A stretch of 61,796 nucleotides of DNA from Candidatus Omnitrophota bacterium (GTDB taxonomy: Bacteria > Omnitrophota > Gorgyraeia > Duberdicusellales > 4484-171). Positions 20,340 to 30,326 of this stretch are shown in pieces. Position 1 is the stretch's first letter. Every line of letters starts with the position of its first letter. The notes below the pieces were generated by a model. That model did no database searches. It saw only the letters and a program-made list of their open reading frames with translations, and was not told the origin of the DNA. The stretch spans positions 1 to 61,796 of the forward strand of contig PMCS01000015.1 in NCBI GenBank assembly GCA_003154195.1. The letters are read 5' to 3'. The position numbers and the translations under genes are program-made.

Positions 20340-21068
20340 ATGTTACGTTCAGGAAATCCCGCACTGCGCAACGATGCTTTTATCAGTACGCGCGCCGCTT
20401 CCGGCGAAAACGCGATGACCATCCAGGGCACGGCCAATAAAGCCCTGATCCTTTTAGGGGTGGCCGCGATTGCCTTTGCCTGGGCATGGAGCCGGCCGTC
20501 AATGGGGCTGACCCTGCTTTTACCGGCATTGATCTTAGGTTTCATCGCTTCGCTGGTAACGATTTTTAAAAAAGAATGGGCTCCGGTAAGCGCGCCGATA
20601 TACGCGATACTGGAAGGAGTGGTCTTAGGCGCAATATCGATGGTTTTCGAACGAAGCTATCCGGGGATAGCCAAACAAGCCATTTTGCTTACCTTTGGAG
20701 TATTATTCAGCCTGTTAGCCGTCTATAAATCCGGCCTGATAAAACCCACGCAAAATTTTAAACTCGGCGTTTTTGCCGCTACCGGCGGTATCGGTATTTT
20801 TTACCTGGTCAGCATGATTGCCGGGTTCTTCGGCGTACATTTTTCCATTCTTTACGGCAACGGCCCGCTGGCAATCGGCTTCAGCGTAGTCGTCGTCATC
20901 ATCGCCGCACTCAACCTGGTGATGGATTTTGATTTCATCGAACAGGGAGCCGAACAGGGCGCGCCGAAATATATGGAATGGTACGGCGCCTTCAGCCTCA
21001 TGGTCACCCTGGTATGGCTGTATATGGAAATATTGCGGCTGTTGAGCAAGTTGCAATCCAGGCGTTAA
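20340..21068 (+). CDS. Bax inhibitor-1/YccA family membrane protein
   Basis: MLRSGNPAL, MTIQGTANK, YAILEG, NLVMDFDFIEQG..GAPKYMEWYGAF, TLVWLYMEILRLLS. Confidence 0.92.
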   Translation: MLRSGNPALRNDAFISTRAASGENAMTIQGTANKALILLGVAAIAFAWAWSRPSMGLTLLLPALILGFIASLVTIFKKEWAPVSAPIYAILEGVVLGAISMVFERSYPGIAKQAILLTFGVLFSLLAVYKSGLIKPTQNFKLGVFAATGGIGIFYLVSMIAGFFGVHFSILYGNGPLAIGFSVVVVIIAALNLVMDFDFIEQGAEQGAPKYMEWYGAFSLMVTLVWLYMEILRLLSKLQSRR

Positions 21069-21210
21069 AAGAAGTATAAAGTAGCGAGTAGCTAGTAGCC
21101 AGTAAAGATATAAAAAAAGCAGGAGGCAGCGAGTAGAAAGTAGCTAGTAGAAGATGGAAAATAATTTTCACCACAGAGAACACAGAGCCCACGGAGAAAA
21201 ACAAGATAAG

Positions 21211-21250
21211 AAAGGGGCGGGGATATAAGTTGAGTGTCCCCGGAAATTCC
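21211..21250 (+). repeat. Representative copy of the cassette-boundary motif AAGGGGCGGGGA-N-TGTCCCCGGAATT
   Basis: Related copies at 14104, 17631, 21677, 23381, 24495, 26223, 26311, 26400, 28700, 29403; inverted copies at 27799 and 31880. Confidence 0.8.
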
Positions 21251-21273
21251 GGAAATTCAAAGGAGGTGTAGCA

Positions 21274-21627
21274 ATGGTTATCTGGTTAATCAATTATTGG
21301 CTTTGGCTGGCAATTCCGTTAAGCATGTTTTGGGGAATTTATGGGTGTAAAACAATAAGAGAAGATATTGAAGTAGAAAAAGAGGCCGAAAAGAAAACAA
21401 GAAAGATGTATTTTACAAAACGAATCGGAATTTTTATCTCTGAGTTTATAGGTTCGTTCGCCGGGTGGTGCTGTTTATATATTCTTGTCGTCCGGTTATT
21501 CAGGTTTCCTAAGCTCGACTTTTCGGCGTTTGGCGGCACGGAAATATTTTTGACAATCGCAGCGGTTATAGGGATAGCGGGATATTCGTACGAGTTAACC
21601 AGGTTGACAAAGGAGTGGAAAAAATAA
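21274..21627 (+). CDS. Small membrane hypothetical protein
   Basis: AGGAGG RBS; three hydrophobic segments. Confidence 0.75.
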   Translation: MVIWLINYWLWLAIPLSMFWGIYGCKTIREDIEVEKEAEKKTRKMYFTKRIGIFISEFIGSFAGWCCLYILVVRLFRFPKLDFSAFGGTEIFLTIAAVIGIAGYSYELTRLTKEWKK

Positions 21628-21795
21628 TTAAATTAGACTGCGAGAGCAACAATCCAAAAAAGAAACATAAAAAGATAAAGGGGCGGGGATGATCAGGTCC
21701 CCGTAATTCAGAGCGTAAAAATTTTAAAGAAAAATAACATATAAATAAGTTACTGAAAAAGAGGCGGGGGATTAAGTATCATACCCCCCATTTGA

Positions 21796-22833
21796 ATGAA
21801 AAATTTTCCATCGCAGATAATTATCTACAAAACCGATGACGGACAGACAAGACTGGAAGTCCGTCTTGAACACGAAAGCCTTTGGCTGACCCAGGCGGCA
21901 ATGGCTGAATTATTTCAGACTACCATAGCGAATATCAATATTCACATCAAAAGTATTTACGCCGAAGGCGAATTGGGATCAAAGGGAACTATTAAGGAAA
22001 ACTTAATAGTTCGAAAAGAAGGCGCGCGCGAAGTTAAGCGTTCAGTTTTGTTCTATAGCTTGCCGGTTATAATCGCAGTCGGCTACAGGGTTAATTCAAA
22101 ACGCGGTACGCAATTCCGGCAGTGGGCTACCCAGCGGCTCAACGAATATCTGGTCAAAGGCTTTGCTATCGACGATGAACGCCTTAAGCAAGGCGCTAAT
22201 GTCGGTTCCGACTATTTTGACGAGATGCTGGAGCGGGTACGGGACATTCGCTCCAGTGAAAAAAGATTCTATCAAAAAATAAGAGATATTTATAAACTTG
22301 CCGTAGACTACGACCCCGAAGCCGAAGAAACTCTGGAATTTTTTAAGATTGTCCAGAATAAACTGCACTTTGCCGTATCCGGGAAGACCGCGGCAGAGCT
22401 GATCGCCCAACGCGCCGACGCTTCCCAACCCAACATGGGGCTTACTTCATGGAAAGGCGGTAAGGTCCGGCCGCCGGACGTGACCGTAGCGAAAAATTAC
22501 CTCAACAAGGATGAATTGGATCAACTAAACCGGATTGTAGCGATGTACCTTGATTACGCCGAAGACCAGGCGCGGCGGCATCGGCAGATTTTTATGCGCG
22601 GTTGGCGCGAGAAACTCGACGCGTTTTTAAAATTCAACCAGCGGGATATCCTGAAAAACGCCGGAAAAGTAGAAAAAGAAGTAGCGGATAGGATTGCCAT
22701 GGAACAATATGATATTCTCAACCAACACCGCCTGCAAAAAGAAGCCGAAGCGGAAGCAATCGACGATGACCGGGCATTAAAACAACTTGAACAAAAAACC
22801 GCCAAATTATCCGGTAAAAAAAAGAAAAAATGA
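21796..22833 (+). CDS. RhuM-family (virulence RhuM) DNA-binding protein
   Basis: WLTQAAMAELFQ, IIAVGYRVNSKRGTQFRQWAT, RDIRSSEKRFYQK, QNKLHFA, VAKNYL. Confidence 0.93.
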   Translation: MKNFPSQIIIYKTDDGQTRLEVRLEHESLWLTQAAMAELFQTTIANINIHIKSIYAEGELGSKGTIKENLIVRKEGAREVKRSVLFYSLPVIIAVGYRVNSKRGTQFRQWATQRLNEYLVKGFAIDDERLKQGANVGSDYFDEMLERVRDIRSSEKRFYQKIRDIYKLAVDYDPEAEETLEFFKIVQNKLHFAVSGKTAAELIAQRADASQPNMGLTSWKGGKVRPPDVTVAKNYLNKDELDQLNRIVAMYLDYAEDQARRHRQIFMRGWREKLDAFLKFNQRDILKNAGKVEKEVADRIAMEQYDILNQHRLQKEAEAEAIDDDRALKQLEQKTAKLSGKKKKK

Positions 22834-23047
22834 AGCACCAATGTTCTCCCCGCGGCAAAACCGCGGGGTATCTAGCTTCATTTCTCCGAAGCCAAAGATT
22901 ATAGCCTTCAATCCCTGTGGCAAGACCACAGGGTATTCGGCGAAGGAGAATAGTAAAATTGTTTGACCGTTTTGTTGGCGTCAACAAAACGATACCTAAA
23001 TATTGACCGTAACAAATTCAGAGAGATTGGGTAAGATAGAAGTGAAG

Positions 23048-23227
23048 ATGACAAAATACAGTCCGAAATCCCAGAAAATTATCGGAGAAGCCATGCGCAA
23101 ATATAAACATGGCAAATTAAAAAGTGGCAGCAGCGGAAAAACTGTGAAGAGCAGGAAACAGGCCATCGCCATCGGGATATCCGAGGCCCGGCAAGAAGGG
23201 AATAAAACCCCCGGGAAAGAGCAATAA
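23048..23227 (+). CDS. Small basic protein (DUF6496-like)
   Basis: KHGKLKSGSSGKTVKSRKQAIAIGISEAR. Confidence 0.8.
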   Translation: MTKYSPKSQKIIGEAMRKYKHGKLKSGSSGKTVKSRKQAIAIGISEARQEGNKTPGKEQ

Positions 23228-23300
23228 TAAAGAAATATTCTCACCAGTGCGTAGCCTCCCCGAAGGGGACAGAGGGCACGGAGAAATACCGAAAGATGAA

Positions 23301-23367
23301 GTCCGCCAATTTGGTAAACAAATTGGCGAGACCCCGCCATTTGCCGTTTTATCGCAAATGGCGGGGA
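23301..23367. repeat. Double-hairpin element (intergenic copy)
   Basis: gtccgccaatttg..caaattggcg-agacc-cgccat...atggcgggga; in-frame copies at 37907-37965 and 43451-43509. Confidence 0.9.
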
Positions 23368-23427
23368 TGATGGATGCGGGAAGAGAGAAGAGGGACGTTG
23401 TATGTCCCGGAACTCCAGGGAAAAAAT

Positions 23428-23808
23428 ATGTTTAGCGTAGAAATAAGCGATAACGGGAATAAATTAGTTATTATTTTTGGAGGCCTTGTTGATCTCCCAC
23501 AAGCGGAACAATTTTATGCAAAAATCCAGGAGGCCGCTCCCAGGCTGAAGAAAGGTTTTATTTTATTAACCGACCTGTCTTCGTTAGAGCGGATGGACGT
23601 AAACGCAAAATCCTTTATTGAAAAAGTAATGGATTTATTAAACCAGAGCGGAATCTCGAGGGTTGTAAGAATTATTCCCGACCCGGAAAAGGATATAGGA
23701 TTTAATATAATGAGCCTGTTCCATTATTCCGCCCGGGTAACCGTACATACTTATGAGTCTTATCCGGAAGCAGAAAAATATTCACAGTTGCAGGGGTACC
23801 GATTATAA
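23428..23808 (+). CDS. Hypothetical protein (possibly STAS/SEC14-like fold)
   Basis: 126-aa ORF; GFILLTDLSSL and GISRVVRII motifs. Confidence 0.7.
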   Translation: MFSVEISDNGNKLVIIFGGLVDLPQAEQFYAKIQEAAPRLKKGFILLTDLSSLERMDVNAKSFIEKVMDLLNQSGISRVVRIIPDPEKDIGFNIMSLFHYSARVTVHTYESYPEAEKYSQLQGYRL

Positions 23809-23919
23809 TTAATTATTCCGCAAGGTGCCGCATTAGAAGCTTTAGATCTACCGTCTACTGTAGTAGTGTAAAGGGGAAATGGCGTTGATCCCTTTTCTCC
23901 GATGCGAGTTTAAGTAACC

Positions 23920-24429
23920 ATGAAAACAGTAAAGTATTTCACAGGAATAATGCTTCTGGTGATTTTAGGCATGAGCCTTTGTTCCTGCTTAGCCCCAGTT
24001 CCTGTTGATGTGGTGATGATGGGCGATGAATTGTTCTTTGTGCTGGAAGAGCCGCATGAGATCAGCGGTATATGGGTGACTGCGTTCAATCCCAATACAA
24101 GGAAAAAGCCTAAGCCAATGTGGGGCCTTGGCCACGACCTTACAACCGCGGTAAAAGACAGGAAATATCCGAGGCTGAAACAGATAAAATATGGGCAGAA
24201 GTTTGAGGAGTTTACCGAGGCAACAGGGCCACTTAAATTGCAGAGAAATATGGAATATTTAGTAGGAATCGACATGGGGGGTAAATTCGCAAGAGAAACA
24301 TTTATTATTACAAATGACAATAAAGCGGTTATGCCTAAGCCTGGGTTTCTACGCCAGAATGGCCGCGTTTATTCAGTTTCGGTTGATAAGAATGGCAATG
24401 AAACACTTATTCTTAAGCCAAAAACATAA
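23920..24429 (+). CDS. Putative lipoprotein
   Basis: Lipobox LCSC. Confidence 0.75.
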   Translation: MKTVKYFTGIMLLVILGMSLCSCLAPVPVDVVMMGDELFFVLEEPHEISGIWVTAFNPNTRKKPKPMWGLGHDLTTAVKDRKYPRLKQIKYGQKFEEFTEATGPLKLQRNMEYLVGIDMGGKFARETFIITNDNKAVMPKPGFLRQNGRVYSVSVDKNGNETLILKPKT

Positions 24430-24549
24430 GTGACATAATAACATACTAAGCAGATAGGCGAAGATTAAAAAATGGGTAAGCGGGGAAGCCGAAAGAGAAG
24501 GGACAGGATAATCAAGTACGTGTCCCCGGAATTCTAAAAAGGAGGATTT

Positions 24550-24945
24550 ATGCAACAAACAATTTGCTTGCTTTTGAGTCTTTTGTTTTTTTCTGGTTGC
24601 GCATCAGCAAGCTATCAAAGACAACAAGTGCAAGATGACAAAGGCGACAGAATAACCGTAGGCACAGTTCAGCGCAAAATTAATGTAGGGATGAGCTCCG
24701 CAGAAGTAGCTCAAACGTTGGGATCGCCCAATATCGTATCAACGGACGAAGAGCGCAGGGAAGTTTGGATTTACGACAAAATAGCAACAGACACAGTATA
24801 TTCAAATAGCGATGCAGGTATAAAGTTTTTAACAGTTGGCAGTTCAGGCGCCAAATCAACCAATCAGAGAACGTTAACTATTATCATCAAATTTGATAAA
24901 GATGGTAAAGTGCGCGATTTCGCATACCATACTTCCAGTTTTTAA
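24550..24945 (+). CDS. SmpA/OmlA (BamE-like) domain lipoprotein
   Basis: FSGC lipobox; INVGMSSAEVAQTLGSP..EVWIY..IIKFDKDGKV. Confidence 0.8.
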   Translation: MQQTICLLLSLLFFSGCASASYQRQQVQDDKGDRITVGTVQRKINVGMSSAEVAQTLGSPNIVSTDEERREVWIYDKIATDTVYSNSDAGIKFLTVGSSGAKSTNQRTLTIIIKFDKDGKVRDFAYHTSSF

Positions 24946-24958
24946 AGGAGATATTAGT

Positions 24959-25516
24959 ATGAGAAAAAGACATCGATTTTTAAAACTATTTCTTGCGGTT
25001 TTATGCCTATGCATAATGGGCTGCGTTACCATGCCAAAAGGTTTTTTAAAACTCAGCGAAACATCTTTAGAGAAAAGACAATTGCAGATGAGGCAATATG
25101 ACACAACAAATGAAGAACAAATTCTAACCGCAATTGCTGGTGTTTTGCAAGACTTGGGCTTTACCTTGGATAGCAGCGAAACTAAGCTAGGATTTGTAGC
25201 CGCCTCCAAAAAGGCTGACGCAACGAACGGAGGCCAAGTAGCAGGCGCAGCGGTTCTTGACATTCTGGCTGCCTTAAGCGGCAGCTATAGTAACGCTATG
25301 GCTAATTGCGATAGGTCACAAGTAGTCAAGGCATCGATAATCACAAGGTTAGGCCTTGATGGGAAAAAAATAACCGTCAGGGTCACGTTTCAGCGAATTG
25401 TTTGGAACATGGATAACCAAATCAGTAAAGTTGAAAGCATTAATGATCCGAAAATATATCAGAAATTTTACGATGGTTTATCGAAGGCAATATTTTTGGA
25501 GGCACAGAAAATATGA
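24959..25516 (+). CDS. Lipoprotein
   Basis: IMGC lipobox; RQLQMRQYDT...VLQDLGFTL is similar to the next gene. Confidence 0.8.
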   Translation: MRKRHRFLKLFLAVLCLCIMGCVTMPKGFLKLSETSLEKRQLQMRQYDTTNEEQILTAIAGVLQDLGFTLDSSETKLGFVAASKKADATNGGQVAGAAVLDILAALSGSYSNAMANCDRSQVVKASIITRLGLDGKKITVRVTFQRIVWNMDNQISKVESINDPKIYQKFYDGLSKAIFLEAQKI

Positions 25517-25947
25517 AAAAAATAATGAAACGTTGTGGTATTTATATGATTTTATTTCCCTTTGTTGCATTGTCCGGATGCGCAAGCACAGCCAGTAAGG
25601 CTTTTGAGACCAGCGAAAGCCAAGTTAAATTAAGAAGCATGCAGACAAGAGCTTTTGACACAACAGATAAGCAAAAAATGATGCAGACCGTAATTAGCAC
25701 AATGCAAGACTTAGAGTTTGTGATTGATAAGGCTGATTTGATATTGGGTTCTGTTAGCGGTTCCAAGTTTCTTGGAAATGCAGTTGTTGTAATGACTGTA
25801 ACCGTTAGGTCTAGAGGTGAAAAACAATTGCTAGTAAGAGCAAATGCCCAATACGGAATTAAATCGGTAGAGGACCCGGAAACGTATCAAGATTTTTTTA
25901 CCGCACTAGAAAAAGCTATATTTTTAACAGCACAACAAGTAGATTAA
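25513..25947 (+). CDS. Lipoprotein, distant paralog of the preceding gene
   Basis: LSGC lipobox; RSMQTRAFDT...MQDLEFVI and YQDFF..LEKAIFL; ATGA overlap with the upstream gene. Confidence 0.8.
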   Translation: MKKIMKRCGIYMILFPFVALSGCASTASKAFETSESQVKLRSMQTRAFDTTDKQKMMQTVISTMQDLEFVIDKADLILGSVSGSKFLGNAVVVMTVTVRSRGEKQLLVRANAQYGIKSVEDPETYQDFFTALEKAIFLTAQQVD

Positions 25948-25989
25948 AAAAGGCGTCCCCTTTTTAGACCATGAAAATGGAGGTTTGCC

Positions 25990-26154
25990 ATGGCTGACGG
26001 CGGATTTGTGGTAAAATTTGATGGAAAAGAAGTAGTGCGTTGCTACGCAGTTTCTTTCGATTATGACGAATGGCAATACAGGGTCAATAACGGCGAAGCT
26101 AAAGGTTTGCCGGAGGGGTTGGGAAAGATAGAAGTTAAGACGGAAGAAGATTAG
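25990..26154 (+). CDS. Small hypothetical protein (54 aa), not in the ORF track
   Basis: GGAGG RBS; MADGGFVVKFDGKEVVRCY...GLGKIEVKTEED*. Its 3' end recurs at 23019, 26291 and 29358. Confidence 0.7.
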   Translation: MADGGFVVKFDGKEVVRCYAVSFDYDEWQYRVNNGEAKGLPEGLGKIEVKTEED

Positions 26155-26629
26155 AAAGGCGGGGATGATTGAGGAAGATTGTAGTTTTAGGGTCTGACCC
26201 CTTGGTTTTCATCCCCAAGGATAAAAGGGGCGGGGAGTTATGGTAGCTGTCCCCCGAATTCCCTATCTTGTTTGTGGCATTCTCTAACGGGGTAAAGACG
26301 GAAGAAGAATAAAGGGAGCGGGGGATTAGACAGGCTGTTCCAAAATTTTCAGCTTTCAGTGCCTGACCCCGCAGTTTTCGCGGAGAAAAACAAGATAATA
26401 AAGGGGCGGGGATGATTCGGTACGTGTCCCCGGAATTTTTTTTATCTTTTTTACGATAAAAGTGCTAAAATGATGGGTGTTGATGTTTGTTGCGGGCATT
26501 GGTTGAGGAAAATGGAATAATCGGGTACGCGTGGACTTGCGTAGCGCGAGAGGGACTTGGTGATATCGTTTCCCTTGTATAATGGAAGAGTCTGAAGCCT
26601 TGGGTTTTTATTATTAGGAGGGAAGTCAT

Positions 26630-27784
26630 ATGAGTATTTTTTGTGAAACCAAAACACAGAACAATTCACGGAGCATTATAGGCTTCTTGTTGTTTACCTG
26701 TCTTGTACTAAGCTTTGCGGGGTGCGTAACAGCGCCGTATAGTGGAACTGATGTTACCTCCCAATTGATAACCGAGGCTGACATTGTAAACAAGATGGGG
26801 TGGAGTGCTAAGGATGGCTTCAGTGATCAAGCCTTTCCCGGATCTGCCTCATCCGCAGAAGAAATCAGTGTTCGGGTCTACAGGGATGTCGATGAATCCC
26901 TCGCTGCCTATAAGACTTTTGATTTTGACTACACCAGTAAGATGAACCCGCTTCTGGAAAAAGAGCTCTTTCGGCAGTTGGAAAAAGTGCTGCAGGCACA
27001 TGGGTTGACACGCGTAAAAGAGAATCCGCAGATTACGATTAGTATGGACTTTTTTGTCGGTAAGAAGGAACAGTATGCGCCGCCAACCACGGTCACTAGC
27101 ACAGAAATAAAGTCTGTCTGGAACACCGCCGCAATCGGTTGGAATATAGTAGGGTTTTCTTCAGCGGTGCCTATCACAAGCTCCAGAACCGATCCCGGAT
27201 ATACCATAACTAGTTATTACACTAATATCCGGCTCAATTTTCTAAACCACGCCAAATTGGTAGGAGGCGTAAAGCCGGAAATTCCGCCATTGATCTGGCT
27301 CGGCGAAGCGGAACATGGAGGGTTTGATCCGGATATCCGTGGTTTTGCGCCGGTCATGTTTGATGAGCTTATGAAGCACTTTTCGGATCAATCCGCCAAT
27401 TCTTCGAACTGTTATGTGCGCCTTTTTCGTTACGGTAGATTAGGGCTTGGGTTTGATCCTTCGGACTGGCGCGTCATCCGTTATGTAGAGATCTCTTCAG
27501 TGGCGGCCGAACACGGTATAAAACCAGGGGATGTTCTAATAAAAGTCAATGGTAAGGATCCCAAGGGGTCTTCTACTTTTTCGGATTTTCCGTATAATTC
27601 CCAGGATCCCTATTTTCGGTATGTCTTGTCTAATCGGGGCGATTCGGATGTGGAACTGGTAATCAGGTCGGCTGAAACAGGAAAAAGCGCTACGTTTCGG
27701 ATGAGGCCTCGCAGTGAGGATCGCTATCTGTATGTTGATCTAGACGGTCGCATACTTCAAAAAATTGCGGAGTCACCCAAGTAA
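26630..27784 (+). CDS. Lipoprotein with DUF4136-like and PDZ domains
   Basis: FAGC lipobox; YKTFDF; GLGF...SVAAEHGIKPGDVLIKVNG (PDZ). Confidence 0.8.
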   Translation: MSIFCETKTQNNSRSIIGFLLFTCLVLSFAGCVTAPYSGTDVTSQLITEADIVNKMGWSAKDGFSDQAFPGSASSAEEISVRVYRDVDESLAAYKTFDFDYTSKMNPLLEKELFRQLEKVLQAHGLTRVKENPQITISMDFFVGKKEQYAPPTTVTSTEIKSVWNTAAIGWNIVGFSSAVPITSSRTDPGYTITSYYTNIRLNFLNHAKLVGGVKPEIPPLIWLGEAEHGGFDPDIRGFAPVMFDELMKHFSDQSANSSNCYVRLFRYGRLGLGFDPSDWRVIRYVEISSVAAEHGIKPGDVLIKVNGKDPKGSSTFSDFPYNSQDPYFRYVLSNRGDSDVELVIRSAETGKSATFRMRPRSEDRYLYVDLDGRILQKIAESPK

Positions 27785-28102
27785 GAAAAGGAATCCCGGA
27801 ATTCTGGGGACACAATCGACTGGTACAAAAATTATACACGTTTTTTAGATGGTAAGAAAATAGGCACTTTCTAGGGCGGCAAGCGTTAAGGTACTATTAA
27901 ACAGGTTCTAACCTCGTCTACCCAGCGACCCGGACAATCCCAAAACCGCTCCGCAAGGGGCAGTTTTTTATTCCTCTTCGCCGAATACCCCGTGGCTTGC
28001 AGATTGGGTCAAATCAATCTGCGCCGGGTTCTGTTCTTTGACAATATAGCGTAAAACAACACCAATATATACGGTAAAAATCTCCATACATAAAGGAGGT
28101 AA

Positions 28103-28351
28103 TTGCCATGGCATTTAGTCAATAACGATGAAGACGGTAAAACAATTTGGGGTAGCAAAACGCCCATATCTCTTCATGGTTATCTGCTGTTAACACATAA
28201 AAAAGTTCAAAAAGCATGCTGGTGCATACAAAATAAATGTTCGGAAGAAGAAAAGAGAAACATTATCAACCAAGCAGAAAAAGTAATATTAGACTTAGGA
28301 AAATATCATTATGATTTCATTGAACTTTCGAAGCACAAACTCAAAGAATAA
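28103..28351 (+). CDS. Hypothetical protein
   Basis: AGGAGG RBS before a TTG start; 82 aa. Confidence 0.5.
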   Translation: MPWHLVNNDEDGKTIWGSKTPISLHGYLLLTHKKVQKACWCIQNKCSEEEKRNIINQAEKVILDLGKYHYDFIELSKHKLKE

Positions 28352-28505
28352 CGGGGTCACCTATGGAAATAAAAGTCAACAGAGAAAATACCCCCCCCTG
28401 ACGGTTCCTCGTTGTAAAAGAATCAAATAAAAACATTTAGTAAAAATCCGACCGCTCTTTAAATATCTTTAGAAGCGCTGGACAAGCCCAGTCTTCAGTC
28501 ACCTA

Positions 28506-28700
28506 TTGGCGGCGCTTTTATTGTTGCTTGCCGCTATGGTTTTATATTTATTCGGGATTGCCTGGTTTCTGCGCCAAGCCTTTCGGATGTTACGGGCCAA
28601 AAAGTATTTTCACGCTTTACTTTGTATTTTAGCGGCGGTTTTGGTATTTATGGCCGGCAGATTCGCGCCGGCGCTTTTTAGGATCCACCCCCAAGGGTAA
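28506..28700 (+). CDS. Small membrane protein, possibly a 5'-truncated fragment
   Basis: Two hydrophobic helices; ends HPQG* directly before a boundary motif. Confidence 0.5.
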   Translation: MAALLLLLAAMVLYLFGIAWFLRQAFRMLRAKKYFHALLCILAAVLVFMAGRFAPALFRIHPQG

Positions 28701-28738
28701 AAAAGGCGGGGAGTTATGGTAGCTGTCCCCCGAATTCC

Positions 28739-29349
28739 TTGTCAGGAGTCCTGCTGCAATATTTTGGAGTATTAAAAAGCTATTTGCGGGATAACGATAG
28801 CGAATTTAAAAATAATGTTATCAAATGCGTTAATGGGTTTGCTATAGGAAAAAGCAAAAGAATGAATTGGGTTTTTGATGATGCGTTGTTATTTTTAAGC
28901 TCAGAAAAAAACACTATCAGGAAAAATATATTACAAGAATTTATTAGTTTTCTTAATGGGGAAAAAGATAGAAATGAATGTGTGGAAAAGATAACAGGGT
29001 CAATTGCTTATTAATCAAATGCAACAAGAAAAGCTGAGCAGTATCTTTTATATTTGTTGCGCAACTAATTATATTGCAAATAGTTAAATAGAACGTCTTG
29101 TGTCCTTTTTCGATAAACACAATAAAGGCTGTTTTTGGAGCTCAGATTTCAAAAGATATTACCGAGATAAAACCCGATCAAAAAGTTGAATCCCAAATCA
29201 AGGTAAATGTGAAAAATAATTCCAGAAAAATAGCCAAACAAATGACTCTTGAAGAGATAAAAAATACGGACTTATATGACTTTCTGATTAAGATAAAAAC
29301 GGTCTTGGATAATTCTGGCAAGCTAAAAAGCCCAAGCATCAAATCTTGA
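28739..29349 (+). pseudogene. AT-rich gene fragments (28739-29014, 29098-29349), probably one disrupted gene
   Basis: Begins abruptly at a boundary motif with no RBS; two consecutive short ORFs. Confidence 0.35.
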
Positions 29350-29462
29350 TCAGGCTTTGCCGAAGGGATTGGGTAAGATAGAAGTGAAGACGGAAGAAGA
29401 ATAAAAGGAGCGGGGAAAGAAAAAGGTGTTCCCTTTTTCCTTTTTACAAGAAGGAAGACGAT

Positions 29463-30257
29463 ATGATGAGATACGTTCTGTTTATTATTCTTTTATTATT
29501 GACAATCGCTAGTGTGTACTTTATTTGGGTAATGGCAAAAGATTTCTCTAGTAGAGTTCAATTTATTATTTCTTTTTTAACCCTTGTTTCTGTATTTTCT
29601 GCTGGTATTTTCACTTATTTTAAATATGAAGATTATAGAAGAGAAGGTAATTATCAAAAGGTCATTGTTCGTTATTTAGATAACAATATTGATGTTTCAA
29701 ATTCTGAAATGTCTCATTATATTATGAAGGTATGTACAATTTTAATGCTATATTGCGACGATAAATGTAATATCGGGGATATAGGACAAAGAGAAAAAAC
29801 TTATACCTCATGCGTTCAAGATGCACAAGATCTCACCGCCTCTTTAATTAGATTATCTGTTTTTGACGCATCCATCCATTTGAGTTATTCAAATGTATTT
29901 ACTACGGCAAGAGCTGTGTTGCGACTTATGCTTGATGAAAGTATGACCAAAAAATTTGTTGAAAATAAATGGAACCTAATCGAGCCTTTTTACCAATTTG
30001 CAACGTATAATTTACAAGATATCGGTGAATTAATTAGAAGAGACACGGCAATATATGATTCTCCAAATATAGAAGTTATAAAAAAGAGTAAAGAATTTAA
30101 AAAGATAATAGAGAGATTCAAAAAATTTAATAATTTATTCGATGAAGGGAAAGCCTTAAATGATAACGACAAACTCGCCAAACTTTTATATTATGTCAGA
30201 GATTATTTGAAAGATAAAGGCCTGCCCACTGAGGTAAAAGAAGTAAGCGCTCAATAG
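29463..30257 (+). CDS. AT-rich membrane-anchored hypothetical protein
   Basis: 264-aa ORF with two N-terminal TM helices; low GC. Confidence 0.75.
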   Translation: MMRYVLFIILLLLTIASVYFIWVMAKDFSSRVQFIISFLTLVSVFSAGIFTYFKYEDYRREGNYQKVIVRYLDNNIDVSNSEMSHYIMKVCTILMLYCDDKCNIGDIGQREKTYTSCVQDAQDLTASLIRLSVFDASIHLSYSNVFTTARAVLRLMLDESMTKKFVENKWNLIEPFYQFATYNLQDIGELIRRDTAIYDSPNIEVIKKSKEFKKIIERFKKFNNLFDEGKALNDNDKLAKLLYYVRDYLKDKGLPTEVKEVSAQ

Positions 30258-30326
30258 GGGCAAATTGATTTATAAAATATTAGTAATACATAAGTTAGAT
30301 AGGGCGTATTGTCATTTGAGGGAAAA

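Noticed and set aside
26155-26440. CRISPR-like spacing of repeats
   Set aside because: The repeats are degenerate and irregularly spaced, the intervening sequences are gene tails, and there are no cas genes.
27871-27930. tRNA gene
   Set aside because: The T-stem does not pair and no cloverleaf can be formed.
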